A DNA stretch of 64,000 nucleotides, from NCBI GenBank assembly GCA_043228905.1, contig JBHGNT010000013.1, positions 14,384,001-14,448,000 of the forward strand, given 5' to 3'. The stretch comes from Azolla caroliniana (taxonomy: Eukaryota > Plantae > Polypodiophyta). Within the stretch, counting starts at the first letter, position 1. The number at the start of each line of letters is the position of its first letter. This document shows positions 61,450 through 64,000 of the stretch, piece by piece. A program made the position numbers and the translations under genes. Below the pieces are notes generated by a model that worked only from the letters and a program-made list of their open reading frames with translations, did no database searches and had not been told where the DNA came from.

Positions 61450-63000
61450 TATGTAACAGATGGTCCAGTGTATCTAACACATACAGAAACAATAGATGCT
61501 CCTAGCCCAAACTCGTTGTATAAGGTTGGAAGAGATGCAAATGGGAATAAGGCACGTGCATGTATCGTGGCTAACTATTGTCGCCTCTCACCAAGGTGGT
61601 ATCGCAAAAAATACGACATAGAAACACATCTACGTAGGGCACATGGAATTGACATAGTTCTACCACAAGGGATGTAGATAGAGGAGGATCAGGGTACTCC
61701 GGGGGCATGCTTCAATAGCTATGAGCATTAGAGATCACTCAAAAGATTCATGGACCCCGAAATCAAGTACTATTGAAATCGGCAATCATACATCCAGAAG
61801 TTGAAGGTTAGGGTTGTTTCGAGGTTCAACTCTATTCCTGTTGAACTCCGACTTGACACGGAGGCAGAGTTTGTGGCACGATTTATGGACCACGAGATGG
61901 CGATCTACGACTCCAAAAAGGATGAGTGGTTGGAGATGTTGAAGAAGAAGATTGCATTGTGTTTGGATTCGTATGTAAGTATGTGTGAGGATTTCATTCT
62001 TGATATGTGTTGGAGGGTTTATTGGCAGAATTCAGATAATAACATGTGTCTTATTCTGGTGAAACTGTGTAAAAAGATGGGAATATCCACCGAAGAGGGT
62101 GATGTATGGCTTTAAACCTATCCGATGTGTCTATGCCACCAAGAAGGAGATTGCCTAAAATACCAGTTCAACGTAAGGAGCTCAAGTCAAACATTGATGT
62201 TGTCCCCCTAACATCAGATTCAGATGATGTTGCATTAGATGTAGCCACGGTACAAATTCAGCACACCAAGGTCGTAAGAACGTGGATCCAAACACCGGAC
62301 AAACATTTTCCTAGGTTGTTTATTTGTGTTTGTCAATTTGTATCCTACTAACTGACATTAAGTTTGTTTTAATTCATGATACACGCATGTTTCTATGCAT
62401 ACAAATACCAGCTGACCTATGCATGACGCGATATGGACATTGACATTACAGAGTCAGAACATGAGACAATGATGGAGAAATGGCATCAACGTGGATGATG
62501 ACATTATTCACCATGTTTATGGAGTACTCGTTGCCACCTAAGGTGGCAGAATGGTTCACCATAGTCGACCCACTATGGGTGTAACTACACAAGCAAACGA
62601 CGAAGGGGCAAGACATCCTTGGGAAGATGGTCGAGCGTGATTTCATCTTCATTTCAATCGTGGTTCAGGGCCATTGTGTGTTGTGGACAAAGATGCGGCA
62701 CAAAGTTTCTAAGGTGACCAACAAAGTAGTCTTCCCCACTAAACAACGCGTCCACTGGCAACGTCTTGAGTCTTGCAGAGATAGTGATTCGGACCATTTC
62801 TAGTGAACCGTCAGACCACGCCATTGTCCCCGAGGGTCGACATCACGTATTGCACATCCCAACTCGGCCAAATGGTTGGGGTTGTGGCTTTTACATGATG
62901 AAGACTATACACATGTTGGTTCAGGAGTTCTTACAAGGATGGATATCTCCAGCTTTTGTAAGTGTAGTTGCAAATGGATGTATTATGTGGATTTTGTATA
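61450..63000 (+). pseudogene. Decayed spliced gene with Ulp1/C48 peptidase-like domain, probably transposon-borne
   Basis: Fragments IVDPLW, DFIFISIVVQGHCVL (catalytic His region) and IPTRPNGWGCGFYMMK (Q-x-NG-x-CG region). Upstream C..C..H...H finger-like piece. Stops and frameshifts present. Confidence 0.55.
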
Positions 63001-63286
63001 GCTGTGTATATTTGGTGATAGGGCATAGAGATGCAGTTCACCAAACACAAAGTGGATTCACTTCGGATTCATGTGGATGAGTGGGCATGAACGGTATTGG
63101 GATTTCCAATTGCAATGGCCCCATATTGTAAATTTTGTCATGGTTGTCATGGCCATAAATATTTTGTATACAACGGATATTGTCATGAATACTGGTCATA
63201 CCAAATCTCGAACCCTCAACCTTGGCACTCATCTCATAACACCTTACCCACTAGGTCATTTAGATTATATAATAATAATTTATGTC

Positions 63287-64000
63287 TATTGAGTGGCAAG
63301 CTCAACTGGAGCCGGATCAGCTGAATAAGCCTGAGCCGGCAAGCGAGACGGATCGGTAAGCTGTGAGCAACCGAGCCGGCAAGCAATAGAGCCGGTGAGC
63401 TGGGGAGCCGATTAGCCGGATCCAATCAGTAACCGGAAGCCTAGTATTAGTGTAGACTACTAGGCAATTATAGTCTCGTAGTAAGTGTCAAATGCTCGTG
63501 TGAGCATTGAAGTACGCGGTACTTCTATTAGTCCCACGAGGACTTGTATAAATGATGCTACTGAACATATTTGTATGTACAGAGTGTTTTTATATATTTT
63601 TGAATATAGCTCTGAGGTTCTGCTCTCTCTGTCTCTCTCGCGTACTCTGTGTATTCCCTGCTTTCTCTGTTTTCTAACACTTCCGCAAGTAATCGTTTAC
63701 ATGGTATTAGAGCGCGAGGGTTGAGAACCTCCTTTGCAGTCGACAAACGCTTGAAAGCAAACCCTAACAGGTCGTAAAACAGCAGACAGAGAAGTAATGG
63801 ATAGAGGGATGGCTAGCTCGCTCCCTGTGGAGAAACTCGACAGATCCAACTATGCATCTTGGTCGTATAAGATGCACCAGTACCTGCTTGGGCATGGCTA
63901 CTGGAGTTTCGTCGAAGGAGCCAATGAAACAGCACCTGATGCAGCACATAAGGACTTCCCAGTGTGGGAACAATCGGCAAGCAGAGTGATGTACTACTTC
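63287..64000 (+). mobile_element. 5' end of a copia element (family 'B'): LTR 63287-63701, PBS 63702-63713, gag from 63797, runs off the window
   Basis: LTR homologous to 7525-7907. PBS TGGTATTAGAGC. Open frame MDRGMASSLPVEKLDRSNYASWSYKMHQYL.., homologous to the family A gag. Confidence 0.93.

Overview
Eukaryotic nuclear DNA from a land plant, most likely a fern or other non-seed vascular plant (inferred from the PLS/DYW PPR style and the plastid insert). Five apparently intact host genes are present. Two are intronless PLS-class PPR genes, one ending in a divergent DYW domain and one E-class. Two are near-identical intronless GT37 xyloglucan-type fucosyltransferases, with a third decayed copy further on. 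The fifth is a spliced YkgJ/CxxCxxCC cysteine-cluster gene. The rest is a dense nest of transposons with many readable ends and target-site duplications: a copia element carrying two solo LTRs and itself sitting inside a solo LTR, a very young intact chromovirus (Ty3/gypsy) with TG..TA LTRs and a 4-bp TSD, L1 and RTE-type LINEs, three hAT-type MITEs, further solo LTRs and a decayed Ulp1-protease element. The most unusual structures are a telomere-repeat/plastid-DNA junction, a PBS copy left outside a 3' LTR, and a direct-plus-inverted repeat array in a probable 5'UTR intron. I found no CRISPR array, rRNA or real tRNA, and no clearly new multi-gene system.
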